Shown here piece by piece: positions 1 to 9,907 of a stretch of DNA of 64,000 nt (the first letter of the stretch is position 1; each line of letters starts with the position of its first letter). Source of the DNA: Candidatus Thorarchaeota archaeon. Lineage in GTDB: Archaea > Asgardarchaeota > Thorarchaeia > Thorarchaeales > Thorarchaeaceae. The notes below the pieces were generated by a model. The model did not search any database, was not told the DNA's origin, and saw only the letters and a list, made by a program, of their open reading frames with translations. Made by a program: the position numbers and the translations under genes. The DNA lies in contig JAUWOU010000003.1 of the NCBI GenBank assembly GCA_030612005.1, forward strand, positions 2,450 through 66,449, in the 5' to 3' direction.

Positions 1-3000
1 TGAATTGACGTCCGTATGAGGGGAACCAACAGGATCGAGCACCAATGGTTACCGGATGAGCCACATCGATTCCACCTGCTAAGCTTCCAGATCCTGAATA
101 AAACCAGTCAAAACCCGCAAATGACGAAAGTGAATTCATGATGGCTTCATCATAATCTCCGATTACAATTAGTCCGCCTCCATGCATGACAAATTCCTGT
201 ATCGCAGTAAGCTCAATTGATGAATAGGCTAACCGTGGTTCAACTATAACGAGTATGCTATATTGAGCAAGAACAGAAGCATTAATCTCAGAATTCCAGA
301 ACTCCACAAAAGTGAGTCCAGATAACTGCATCTCTTCGATAAGGAGCGAATAGCCTCCGGGACCATCGTTGTCATGGGCTCGGTCCCAGAGAACATATGT
401 TACATCACCAGCCCAAACGACTTTCACGAGTACGTTATCACATGTTATTTCTTCATCCAGAACAGAAGCAACTACAGCAGTCAAGTTGAAGAATCCTGAA
501 CTTGTAGGTGTCCAAGAACATTGAACCATTGTGGAGGAATTAGTTCCGAGCCAAGCTATAGTAGTTGAATAATGTAGAGTTCCATTAATGAAAAGTTCCA
601 CTACGACGCTTGTTTCATCCGACAATCCTCTGTTGTAGATTGTCATGTTGAGTAATACAGTTTCTTCCATCTGGTTTATTGATGGTGCCTTCAAATCAAT
701 AGAAAGCTGATGCTGAGGAATGGAGTAGTTGGTCCACTCAAGGATATTGTATATCAACTGAACACAAGTAGGGTCTATGCCAGAAGGCATGTATTCCGGC
801 AAATCCGAGCAGTAGACCATTCCCCTGTATGAGAGTATAACTCCAAGGTCGGAGCTAGTTGCGAGAACGACCGCACCATCGAGAATGTTCTGTGTCCACT
901 TAGTGGTACTCGGATAGTACGTATAATCAGTATATGTTCCAAAAGAACTTGGCATTCCATAAAAGATTGGATGGTCAGTACATTGTTGTATAAAATTCTC
1001 TTCCATTGTATCTCCAGAGTATGTCTGAGCTGGTTCAGCTAGACCAAAGAATTCCCACATTCCATCCTGAATGAATATACTGAAAGCGCTTGCATAGAGT
1101 CCATGTCCTTGTTCAACATACTCTCTTATCGCAGTTAACTCATCGGTGGTATATAACGACGAATGATAAGACATTATGAGTACATCTGCACCTGATTGTT
1201 CTAGGTCTAACAGGGTTATCCCTGGAAATGCCAGTGAAGTGTAATCAATGACTAGTCTGACAGTTCCATAATCAGCCCAGTATTCATTCATGTGATCCCA
1301 AGGACCATGTTGAGGAACTGACGTAAGATAACCATTCAATATCGCTACTCTAATGGTCTTCACTACTCTAAGTTTGAAAGTGGCAGTAGTTGTATAATCT
1401 AGTGTATCGTTAACCCACACTTGGATTCCGTATGCACCTTCAGGAAGAATATAATTTGAGGTTATAATTCCCTCTGTATCAATTGAGAAGTGAGTGGTAT
1501 CATTGAGCCACCATGAGCTGATTCCTGAATAGTCCGAGGCATTAAGATTGAAGTAGAAACTATCCCCTGGATCTATGAACTGATTCACCGGCACCTCATC
1601 CCAAGTAGGGGGTACTGTATCGGTGATGGTAATTGTGAATGTGGCATTCAGCTCATTTCCAACAGTGTCGAAAACTTGGATTAAAACAGGATAAGCTCCT
1701 GCAGGAAGTAGCGCAATGTCTGTGATTATGCCATCCTCATCGATTGTGAATCTGGCTGTATCATTAATCAACCACGAGCTGATTCCCGAGATGTCAGTAG
1801 CATTCAAATCATAATATACGGATGTTCCACCGACAAAGATTTGGTTTGTCGGAACCTCTGTCCAGACTGGAGCTTCATAATCATTGACGGTGATAGTTAT
1901 GTCAGCAAAGATTGCCTTTCCAAAAGTGTCATTGACCCAAACTTGGAGACCATACTCGTCACCAATGAGGAACGTGTTATTTGAAATTATTCCAAATGAA
2001 TCAATTGAGAAGTAAGTAGTATCGTTGACCCACCAGCTGTCCACACCAGGATAGCAAGCTGTTGCATTCACGTCTTGATAGAAGCTCTCAGTAACCATGA
2101 GTGCCTGGTCCGACGGTGCGTGTATCCAGCTTGGGGTTGAACCTAGAGGTAGCATTAATGGATGGTAATCAATGAATCCGCCCTCCAATGTTTCGTCGTG
2201 AGGAGTATCTCCAACACCATCCTGATCCTCATCCGTTCCGGAATACGTAAAGTAATAGTTGTAGTCAATCGTCGTGTTGATGCCCCCAAAAACAATGGAA
2301 TCCCCTGAGGGAAGGAATGAATTCCATCTAATGAGGTTATCTTCTGGTGTTTCACCAAATGGGTTCTCAAGAGTCATACCTACTGAACAATCATCAAAGG
2401 TATTGCGTTCTACTGTTGTATTGAAAGCATACTGAATCAAGGCAACACCTATGCCACAGCCTGTGATTAGATTATCAGCGACGTAATTGAACGAACAGTC
2501 AGTGATAAAGATCCCTCGATGATCAGCACCAGTAATTGTGTTATTTGCTATAGTGTTATTGTGTGACCTCACTTCGACTCCCATATACACATCAATGCAA
2601 GTGTTGTTCAAGACATCATTTAATTGACCGTGAATATAGATGCAGGTTTCTTCAGAGCCAGTAACTGTGTTGTTGAACACTAGGTTGGAAGATGAAGCTA
2701 TCGTTATTCCAGGGCTATGATACGATAAGATGTTGTTCAGAACAAAGCTTGATCCATTACCTACAATGTTAATGCCACTGTAGCCAAATTCCGACGGATA
2801 ACTGAAATTGTTATTGGATATCACAATTCCCTCTGATAAGAATGCCTCAATTCCCTCCCTGTTTGCCAGTGACAATATTTCTGTAACGACTCCATTAGTT
2901 GTGTTACTTAGATAGATTCCATGTCCGGTACTTGCTCCATCAAGTGTGCAGTTTTGAATGATAAAGTGTACACGAGTATTCATGATTTCAATGCAATTCC

Positions 3001-3333
3001 CTGCGGCCCCTCCTAGGTCTATCTCGTAATTCTCGATGACGAAGGGATCACTCTCGCTCCCATTCCCGGTCCAACCTTCAGCAAAAGCTGTGCTATTGAA
3101 ATCATCATCTCCGTCAATCAAGATTGGAGTATGAATTTCAGACAGCGAAAACAACGTATTTCCCGACAAATCAGTGTCAAGATTATTCAGTTGAGTTTCT
3201 GGTGTCATTCCCAATGAAACAAAGCTGAGGAGCAGAACCACTCCTAAAGCAACGAGTGCAAATCTTCTCTTTCCACCAATTTCACTTTTTTTCTTCGAAC
3301 CCTTCTCCAAAACGCCATAAGCTTCCTCTATCA
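1..3333 (-). CDS. Large secreted/surface protein, partial (C-terminus beyond the window start). It has an N-terminal signal/anchor, a right-handed parallel beta-helix (NosD/pectate-lyase-like) region, three tandem ~95-aa Ig/cadherin-like repeats and two ThuA/class-I-glutaminase-like modules.
   Basis: The reverse complement from the ATG at 3331-3333 reads M-I-E-E...RRFALVALGVVLLLSFVSLG (signal/TM) and has no stop to position 1. The ORF track omits it because it is unterminated in the window. Beta-helix-type repeats (NNT/NN[IV] motifs, e.g. 'GIFITDCSFNYVADNLITGCGIGVAL') are present. Three repeats share 'EVP.NQ...Y.LNA.D.SGISSW.(L/V)NDT..F(S/T)ID..GII'. N-x-S/T sequons are dense. Confidence 0.7.
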
Positions 3334-3625
3334 TTGAATCTCCCTCAATAACAATTTCCAATGCAGTAACGAGGAGCTCAATCTGATTCTATGATTCTAT
3401 TCAAGGTAAAGTCCACAGATAGAGCGCTATTCCTTGAGTCAAGTGAATGTATGATTTGTCTAACCACTAGTACAATGTTACCGTACATATGCACGGTATC
3501 AATCCTCTCTCCAGTCTTAACTAATGTAGAACTATTTGTAATGAATCTTTCGAGATAGAGAAAAAATTGCATTCACAGATAATAGAAACATAACCAGAGA
3601 GATCTAATCTGAATTTGAGAGATTT

Positions 3626-3662
3626 TGAAAAAAAGAGAGTAGAAGCGGGCACTAGACCCGCT
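3626..3662 (-). terminator. Hairpin (AGCGGG-N8-CCCGCT) followed on the minus strand by a T7-8 tract. This is the second of two tandem intrinsic-terminator-like elements downstream of the 3807..6554 gene.
   Basis: 6-bp perfect stem at 3644-3649/3657-3662 plus an oligo-T run (A-run on the plus strand, 3628-3635). Confidence 0.45.
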
Positions 3663-3742
3663 CCAGATATTCTAATTGCGTTTCTTCATTACAACAACAA
3701 TGACTACTATTAGAAATAAAAACCAAGAAATAGATGGAGGAA

Positions 3743-3786
3743 TCGATTTTTCGAAATAAGAAAGAGGAGCGGGAGTTACCCCGCTC
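3743..3786 (-). terminator. Hairpin (GAGCGGG-N6-CCCGCTC) 21 nt after the stop of the 3807..6554 gene, followed by T-rich sequence.
   Basis: 7-bp perfect inverted repeat at 3767-3773/3780-3786. The sequence is similar to the hairpin at 3644-3662. Confidence 0.45.
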
Positions 3787-3806
3787 TTGTTCGATGAGTT
3801 ATTCTA

Positions 3807-6554
3807 TCAAACCATTCCCATGATGTGATGTGTGACATATGCTTCGACTAGAGCTGCAATAACCAAGAGGAACACAATCAATGCGAATGTCCTCCATGTA
3901 CGCCCATCACTTAGAAGACTCTTGGTCTTTGACGGAATAGAAGCCCAATCTTCAGCTTCAACCGTGGGCCACAAGTCTTTGGCTATTCGAATGGAAGCCG
4001 CTGCAGCAACCAGAAAGACTGGTATCTCTATAAGCGCATGAGGTATTATCGATGCTAGATACAGTACGATATTGCCACCAAAAGGTGGAGGTGCAGTCAT
4101 TCGAATGATTGCAATACCTCCAACAGTCAAAGCAGTTGATAGAACTTCTGCGATTGCCAAAGACATCAAGCTGAACTTGATATAAGTTATCAAGAAATCT
4201 TCACGTTCACTACCATCACCATTCTCCGTCGCTCTTATACTAAGCCGATCTCTAAACAGTAATCTGTAAGCTCCCGCTAAGACAAGAGGAACAATAATCA
4301 ATGCAATCAAAGTGAATTGGTCATCATAAACAAAGTATTCGATTGCGAAGAGCATGAGGATGAGTGGGAACCATGAGATTCCAATTCCGTTACCTCGCAC
4401 TGAATTCACGATAGCTGCTAATACAATAAACAGTACCGGAATTCCAAATACTATGATTGCCCGATATCCAAGATTTGCTGCAAATCCAAGAACGGGATCA
4501 TATGGATTAAAGACTCCATTTATTGCATCAAATTGAGTCCAGACATATGTGATGGCTGCACACACAACTAATAGAACAACACTCCCAATCCCAACAAGCT
4601 TCTCGTTACCTTTCTTCTCAACAGCCACAAACCATAGGACTGCTGACCAAAAGACAGGACCAATGATTAACATCAAGAATATCCTGATTATATTGTGTTC
4701 GGCAAGGAGGATAAATAATCCACCAGGATTAGGTGGATTCGGAATAAGTATAGCTTCAAGCCCATCGGGATCACCTATCATCCGAAGAAGTTGTTCCAGA
4801 GAACCTAGAACAAAACCGGTATTTGATAGAATCATGGTGACCAACCAGACGCCAACAAGAGATACTGCAAGACCACCAAAGAACATCAAGACAGAGTCAG
4901 TAATGTCTCTCTTGTGAGTGTTCAATAATGGTCCTTCTATATCACCGGTCGTCTGCTTCCACTTGGCTCTGAACTGGAAGAAGTATAGAATGAACAAAGC
5001 AGTGAAGACATACATTGGTAGATTGATAATGAACTGCGAAGCTAAACGGTAGACAAGCTCGCTTTCATCAGGTACTACAGGGTATGGAATTATTCTGTTG
5101 TATATATAGCCAGCATAGTCAGTAGATGTAGTATATGCTGCAAGAATGTAATCCATTCCATTAAGATAGAAGTATGTTATCAGCGAAACAGTTGATCCTG
5201 CTAAAAGAGCAAAGGTTTCTATTCCGCCACCAATCCTCTTTCGTGCCATATGACCCCCAATGCCTGTTAGTAGCATGAAGGTAAATGGAATAGCCAACAT
5301 CAGAAGAGTCCATACTACTGGAGGAAATAGAGCATAGTTGCTTCCAGCTCCTGTGATAGCATATTGAACAGAGTTCCCCAGTTGGCGTGGAAAGATGTAC
5401 AAGCCCATTGTATAGTTTAGCGTTGCTGCAATCACGGCACCAATGAAAGCAAGACTGACAAAAACCCCAGTTCCAACTCCTGTCAGAACATTCTCTACAG
5501 TTTTGCGAATGTTGAGAGAACCTATCTTAGATCGAGCTTGTGTAATTGCATCGAATAGTTTCTTGTAAAATACTACAGCAAAGTCCTCGGCTATTGGTAG
5601 GATTAGTATGGCGAAGATGATTGGAGGAGCTGCGTAAAGCAGACCATACAGATAATATTGCATTACATATTCTCCAACACCTACAATGTCCGAACTGAGA
5701 TATGTCCCAATCTGAGTTATAATTGTGTATAGTGACAAGAGGATATTCAGTCTAAAGAACCATCCAAGTACACCTCTCATCATTTCGCTACCAATGTCTC
5801 GATCACCCAGATGTAGTCCAGCACCCTTCGCAATTCTGTTTGAGGCAGGGTATCCGAATCTATAGATCCATGTTAGGAATATTGTAACACCGAGAAGATA
5901 GTTATTGACATCTTGAGGAATGCCAGTATCTAGTGCGGTGATATATGATGGTAAGCTTCCCATGTATACAGCGATTGATGGAATGAGCGTAGCCAATCCT
6001 ATAATTAAGTAATCTTTCCAAGCACCGCGCCAGGCTTTTGCTTGTACCTCAGGATCAAGTGGTTGTGGTTCAACTCCTTCAAAGCGAATGTTGTTCACAC
6101 GGTCTCTAAAACTGATGAATCCGTCACTCACTGGCTCTCTCTTTGTAATCCTACGAATAATGTTCTTGAAGCGCATTTTCATAGGTTCTTGCATAAGGAG
6201 TTTGATAGCCAACACCAGCATCCCGAATAGGACTGCATAGAAGGCAATCATAATCCAAGTAAGAAACTCCTGTAAGGCAAATACAAACTGAAATATCATA
6301 TCAGTAAGCAGTGCCCAAGTAAGTCCTGTTGTATCCACAGTAGGATTCGCCATTACTTGAACAGAGGGTATTATTGCAATAGTGAACAAGAACCATGTAA
6401 CGGTCTTGAGATACATTACTCCGATGAATACTTCAATGAGCTTGCTCTTCCTTTTTCCAAAGAATAGAAGATAGACAAATGTCACAATCAATGGTGGAAG
6501 AAACTCAAATACTAATGTCAAAAGGGTGATATCTTGTAGCGCCATAGGTGTCAC
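3807..6554 (-). CDS. Large (915 aa) polytopic integral membrane protein with a C-terminal DUF95/SpoIIM-like domain.
   Basis: More than 20 predicted hydrophobic helices. The C-terminal segment '...IIPHALIEIPVFLVAAAASIRIA...' resembles the HG(I/F)xEIPA signature of the SpoIIM/DUF95 family. No other recognisable motif. Confidence 0.5.
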   Translation of the reverse strand: MTPMALQDITLLTLVFEFLPPLIVTFVYLLFFGKRKSKLIEVFIGVMYLKTVTWFLFTIAIIPSVQVMANPTVDTTGLTWALLTDMIFQFVFALQEFLTWIMIAFYAVLFGMLVLAIKLLMQEPMKMRFKNIIRRITKREPVSDGFISFRDRVNNIRFEGVEPQPLDPEVQAKAWRGAWKDYLIIGLATLIPSIAVYMGSLPSYITALDTGIPQDVNNYLLGVTIFLTWIYRFGYPASNRIAKGAGLHLGDRDIGSEMMRGVLGWFFRLNILLSLYTIITQIGTYLSSDIVGVGEYVMQYYLYGLLYAAPPIIFAILILPIAEDFAVVFYKKLFDAITQARSKIGSLNIRKTVENVLTGVGTGVFVSLAFIGAVIAATLNYTMGLYIFPRQLGNSVQYAITGAGSNYALFPPVVWTLLMLAIPFTFMLLTGIGGHMARKRIGGGIETFALLAGSTVSLITYFYLNGMDYILAAYTTSTDYAGYIYNRIIPYPVVPDESELVYRLASQFIINLPMYVFTALFILYFFQFRAKWKQTTGDIEGPLLNTHKRDITDSVLMFFGGLAVSLVGVWLVTMILSNTGFVLGSLEQLLRMIGDPDGLEAILIPNPPNPGGLFILLAEHNIIRIFLMLIIGPVFWSAVLWFVAVEKKGNEKLVGIGSVVLLVVCAAITYVWTQFDAINGVFNPYDPVLGFAANLGYRAIIVFGIPVLFIVLAAIVNSVRGNGIGISWFPLILMLFAIEYFVYDDQFTLIALIIVPLVLAGAYRLLFRDRLSIRATENGDGSEREDFLITYIKFSLMSLAIAEVLSTALTVGGIAIIRMTAPPPFGGNIVLYLASIIPHALIEIPVFLVAAAASIRIAKDLWPTVEAEDWASIPSKTKSLLSDGRTWRTFALIVFLLVIAALVEAYVTHHIMGMV

Positions 6555-6736
6555 TCCGGCCTAAATACAAATCAAACACTTCTAAAACCATCAAAAAAAG
6601 GTTCGTTGGACAGACCTTATAGCTCTTTTACTCTCTAAATTACACACTATTCATCGTTGTACCAAAAGTTTAAAGATGAAATAATTAACTATTGTGATGT
6701 ATATCAACAGCGGGAAGACAAATACCGTAAGTTGAG

Positions 6737-7273
6737 GTGCGTAACATGGAAATTTCACAAGAATTAGTAGACGCAATTAATGATCAAATCAATTTTGAAT
6801 TGTACAGTGCTTTCATTTACCTCTCAATGGGTACATGGTTAGAGGAGCAGAACCTGGGTGGAATGGCCCACTGGATGGAAGTTCAATACCAGGAAGAGTT
6901 TGCTCATGCAATGAGACTCTATCGCCACATAACAGAGCGTGGTGCTCGAGTCACTCTGAAGACAATTGAAGGGCCAAAGGCAGAATGGGCTTCAGCTCAC
7001 GACGTCTATGCTGATGCGTATCATCATGAATTACTTGTCACTGAGAGAATCTACAAGATTGGAAACATTGCTGACAAGCTTGGAGATAGGTCTACACAGT
7101 CAATGTTGACTTGGTTCTACAATGAACAAACTGAGGAAGAAGCGAACACGATGGGAATTCGTGACAAATTGAAATTGATTGGGGACTCTATTCCAGCTTT
7201 GTTACAACTTGATGCACAGCTCGGTACTAGACCGCCAGCTCCACCAATCCCAGCTGAATCCACAGATCCATAG
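6737..7273 (+). CDS. ftn: Ferritin (non-haem, Ftn-like)
   Basis: Ferritin-like diiron motifs: 'INFELYSAFIYLSMGTW', 'QEEFAHAMRLYRHI', 'HELLVTERI'. A GAGGTG RBS lies 7 nt upstream. Confidence 0.85.
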   Translation: MRNMEISQELVDAINDQINFELYSAFIYLSMGTWLEEQNLGGMAHWMEVQYQEEFAHAMRLYRHITERGARVTLKTIEGPKAEWASAHDVYADAYHHELLVTERIYKIGNIADKLGDRSTQSMLTWFYNEQTEEEANTMGIRDKLKLIGDSIPALLQLDAQLGTRPPAPPIPAESTDP

Positions 7274-7299
7274 ATTCAATCAAATTTCTTTTTTAGAAA

Positions 7300-7340
7300 T
7301 ACCGGAGGTAGGCTCCTCCGGTACTATTTTTCTTATTTCT
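7300..7340 (+). terminator. Intrinsic-terminator-like hairpin (TACCGGAGG-taggct-CCTCCGGTA) followed by a T-rich tract, immediately after the ferritin stop.
   Basis: 9-bp perfect inverted repeat at 7300-7308/7315-7323, followed by 'ctatttttcttatttct'. Confidence 0.6.
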
Positions 7341-7414
7341 AATCATTTTTGGTGCGATTATGACGTAGTAGTAGGTTACTTATGTCAGAGTTTCACCAGT
7401 CTTTTCTTACGTGA

Positions 7415-9415
7415 GTGGATAAAATGCTACCAGAAGAAATTGTCAAGGTAGTGGCAGATACCGTATCAGGTATTCGAGCCAAAGGATATGTTCAGTCAAT
7501 ATCAACACATCATAGAATTCAGGCAAGTCCAGGATTGCATGATGCGGTGATGTATCTGAAAGAGGAAATCAAGGGACTTGCTGGAGTGGAGGTTAAACTA
7601 CATGAATATCCCGCAGATGGTAAGACAACCATAGGAACATGGGAGGCAGTTCATGGTTGGGAAGCTAAAACAGGAAAGCTCACCCTTGTAGAACCAGAAG
7701 AGAAGTTACTCGCAGACTACACTGCAGAACCGATCTCTCTGATCGCTCATTCTACATCAGTAGATATTGAAACTGAGGTTGTCTTTGTGGGCAAAGGAAT
7801 GAGTCCAGAAGATTACGAGGGAAAGGATGTCAAGGGCAAGATTGTTCTTACAGAAGGAATGGCTAGAATGGTCCACAGGGTTGCATGTGTAAAGATGGGA
7901 GCTGCCGGTTTACTGACATTTGTACCACCATCAGATAGAGATGAGATTGCAGACCTAAGACGCTATGACGCAATTTGGCCTGCTGGAAATGAGAAAGACA
8001 GCATACGTTTTGGTTTCTCATTAACTCAAGCAGATGGCCTCAAACTAAAAGGCTTGCTTGAGGAAGGTAAGACAGTCAAGGTGAAAGCGAAGGTTGATGC
8101 CGCTCTCAAAGTTGGCAAGGTCGAAGTGCTAACAGCAATAATACCTGGTGAGGATAAGTCTAAAGAATTCTGGTTAGCAGCGCATGTTTGCCACCCGAAT
8201 CAAGGTGCAAATGATAATGCATCTGGCAGCGGAGCAATCATGGAAGCACTCAGAGTTATCTCGCAACTTATCGATGAGGGAAAAATACCCAAGCCTTCAT
8301 ACTCTATTCGTTTCATATGGATGCCAGAGTGGTCCGGAACTATCTACTTCATTGACAAGGAGAAGGCAGCTCTCAAGGGCTGTATCGGTATGCTCAACAT
8401 GGATATGGTTGGAGCAGATCCAGCGAAAGCAGGTTCCACTCTTCACCTTTATAGAACACCTTTCTCACTACCAAGTACTTTGAACAATGTTGTCAGATAT
8501 TGGGGAACCAGTGAGGCAATACGAAAGGATGATAGAAGAGAAGGTGGTACCATGGCACCGTTACCCTTCAAGTATGATAGGTACAGTGCTGGTAGTGATC
8601 ACTTCTTACTAACTGACAGTACTGTTGGTGTTCCAGCTGTTATGTTGAATCAGAGTCCAGACAGATTCTATCATACTTCAACTGATACCATCGATAAGAT
8701 TGATACACGACAAATGGCATACGCATCTAGAATCGCAACACTCACAGCGCTCTCGATGGTGTTACCAAAACACGTGTACGAAGAAACTATCATGACCCTT
8801 AGTAGGAATGAGTTTATCGAGCTCATGCAGAGTGTTTCAACACAAGGTGTAACTGAGCTCTCACGCTGTCTAGGCGATCCTGAGAAGATATACCCCAGAG
8901 TACTAAGATGGCTTGGTCTTGCACATGACTTGGGTCAGTCTACTCTGGACAAAGCTGCAGATGAGTGGTCATTGATTGCTGAACAAGAAGCAATTAGAAA
9001 CGCGTTGAAGACAAGTCTGCAAATGGCATATACTACTGAGATGGTAATTGCTCGCAAAGCTTACGAAGGAGCATGTGCGGAGGTAGGTCTTGAGGCGATG
9101 CAAGAAGACGACATTGTTCTCGACCCCAAGAGTTTTGGAATCGAGGTCAAGCGTATTCATGACCATGCTTTGAGTCCAACATTCCTCGTCCTAAAGCTTG
9201 GTGAGAAAGCGCCAAAGTATGAAGAGATGATGAAAAAAGACCCACACTCAGGGGATAGACTCGATGAATTGTTGAACATGTCCAAAGACTGGATATCGCT
9301 AGACTTGATCTGGGATATGCTCTGCTTCCAATTCGGAAATATCGAATCTGGAGACCTATTGAAGATCGTAAAGGATCTGGCGGAAGTAGGGATTATCGAG
9401 TCAAGGAGTGTGTAA
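7415..9415 (+). CDS. M28-peptidase-fold protein with a PA-like domain, possibly a non-catalytic DUF4910-like homologue.
   Basis: 'AAHVCHPNQGANDNASGSGAIMEALRV' resembles the M28 'H.D...GA.D..SG' metal-site block, but with H-P-N instead of H-x-D. It is 666 aa. Confidence 0.5.
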   Translation: MDKMLPEEIVKVVADTVSGIRAKGYVQSISTHHRIQASPGLHDAVMYLKEEIKGLAGVEVKLHEYPADGKTTIGTWEAVHGWEAKTGKLTLVEPEEKLLADYTAEPISLIAHSTSVDIETEVVFVGKGMSPEDYEGKDVKGKIVLTEGMARMVHRVACVKMGAAGLLTFVPPSDRDEIADLRRYDAIWPAGNEKDSIRFGFSLTQADGLKLKGLLEEGKTVKVKAKVDAALKVGKVEVLTAIIPGEDKSKEFWLAAHVCHPNQGANDNASGSGAIMEALRVISQLIDEGKIPKPSYSIRFIWMPEWSGTIYFIDKEKAALKGCIGMLNMDMVGADPAKAGSTLHLYRTPFSLPSTLNNVVRYWGTSEAIRKDDRREGGTMAPLPFKYDRYSAGSDHFLLTDSTVGVPAVMLNQSPDRFYHTSTDTIDKIDTRQMAYASRIATLTALSMVLPKHVYEETIMTLSRNEFIELMQSVSTQGVTELSRCLGDPEKIYPRVLRWLGLAHDLGQSTLDKAADEWSLIAEQEAIRNALKTSLQMAYTTEMVIARKAYEGACAEVGLEAMQEDDIVLDPKSFGIEVKRIHDHALSPTFLVLKLGEKAPKYEEMMKKDPHSGDRLDELLNMSKDWISLDLIWDMLCFQFGNIESGDLLKIVKDLAEVGIIESRSV

Positions 9416-9436
9416 AATCTGGGAGACGACCAGTGG

Positions 9437-9907
9437 TTGTATAACAAGGTCGTCTTCGCAGGTTCCTTCGACCATCTACATGAAGGTCACAAACACATAC
9501 TGCGTAATGCGTTCAAGATTGGAAAGACTGTGGCTATTGGATTGACAACCGATAAGATGCTTCAAAACAAAACAAACAAGCATCTGTTACAATCCTTCGA
9601 AGAGCGTCAAGGAGAAATTGAGAATTTCATAGAAACTGAATGCGATGCTGATAGGTGTTCTATCTTCTCTATTGACACCAGGGAAGGCGGAGCCGATACG
9701 ATGGAAGAACTTGAGGCACTCATTGTATCAGATGAGATTCGTGTTGTCCAGAATGCATTTGATATCAACCAGATGCGAGTTGATAACGGGCTAAAGAGAT
9801 TTCATATCATCATTATCCCCAGAGTAAGAACTCCAGATGGTAAACCACTCTCTTCATCCAGAAAACGGAGTGGAGATATTTTCGATCCAGACACTCTCAT
9901 TTACTAG
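9437..9907 (+). CDS. coaD: Archaeal-type phosphopantetheine adenylyltransferase (cytidylyltransferase-fold)
   Basis: N-terminal 'VVFAGSFDHLHEGHKHIL' nucleotidyltransferase (H/T)xGH motif. The 156-aa size is typical of archaeal PPAT. Confidence 0.65.
   Translation: MYNKVVFAGSFDHLHEGHKHILRNAFKIGKTVAIGLTTDKMLQNKTNKHLLQSFEERQGEIENFIETECDADRCSIFSIDTREGGADTMEELEALIVSDEIRVVQNAFDINQMRVDNGLKRFHIIIIPRVRTPDGKPLSSSRKRSGDIFDPDTLIY

Noticed and set aside
4354-4917. Plus-strand ORFs of 60 and 122 aa (4354-4536, 4549-4917) inside the 915-aa membrane protein gene
   Set aside because: Antisense to a long convincing ORF. Pro/Thr/Arg-rich low-complexity translations.
7341-7414. Possible C/D-box sRNA between ferritin and the M28-like gene
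   Set aside because: 'ATGACG' and 'GTCAGAG' only loosely resemble C (RUGAUGA) and D (CUGA) boxes. No convincing guide or terminal stem.
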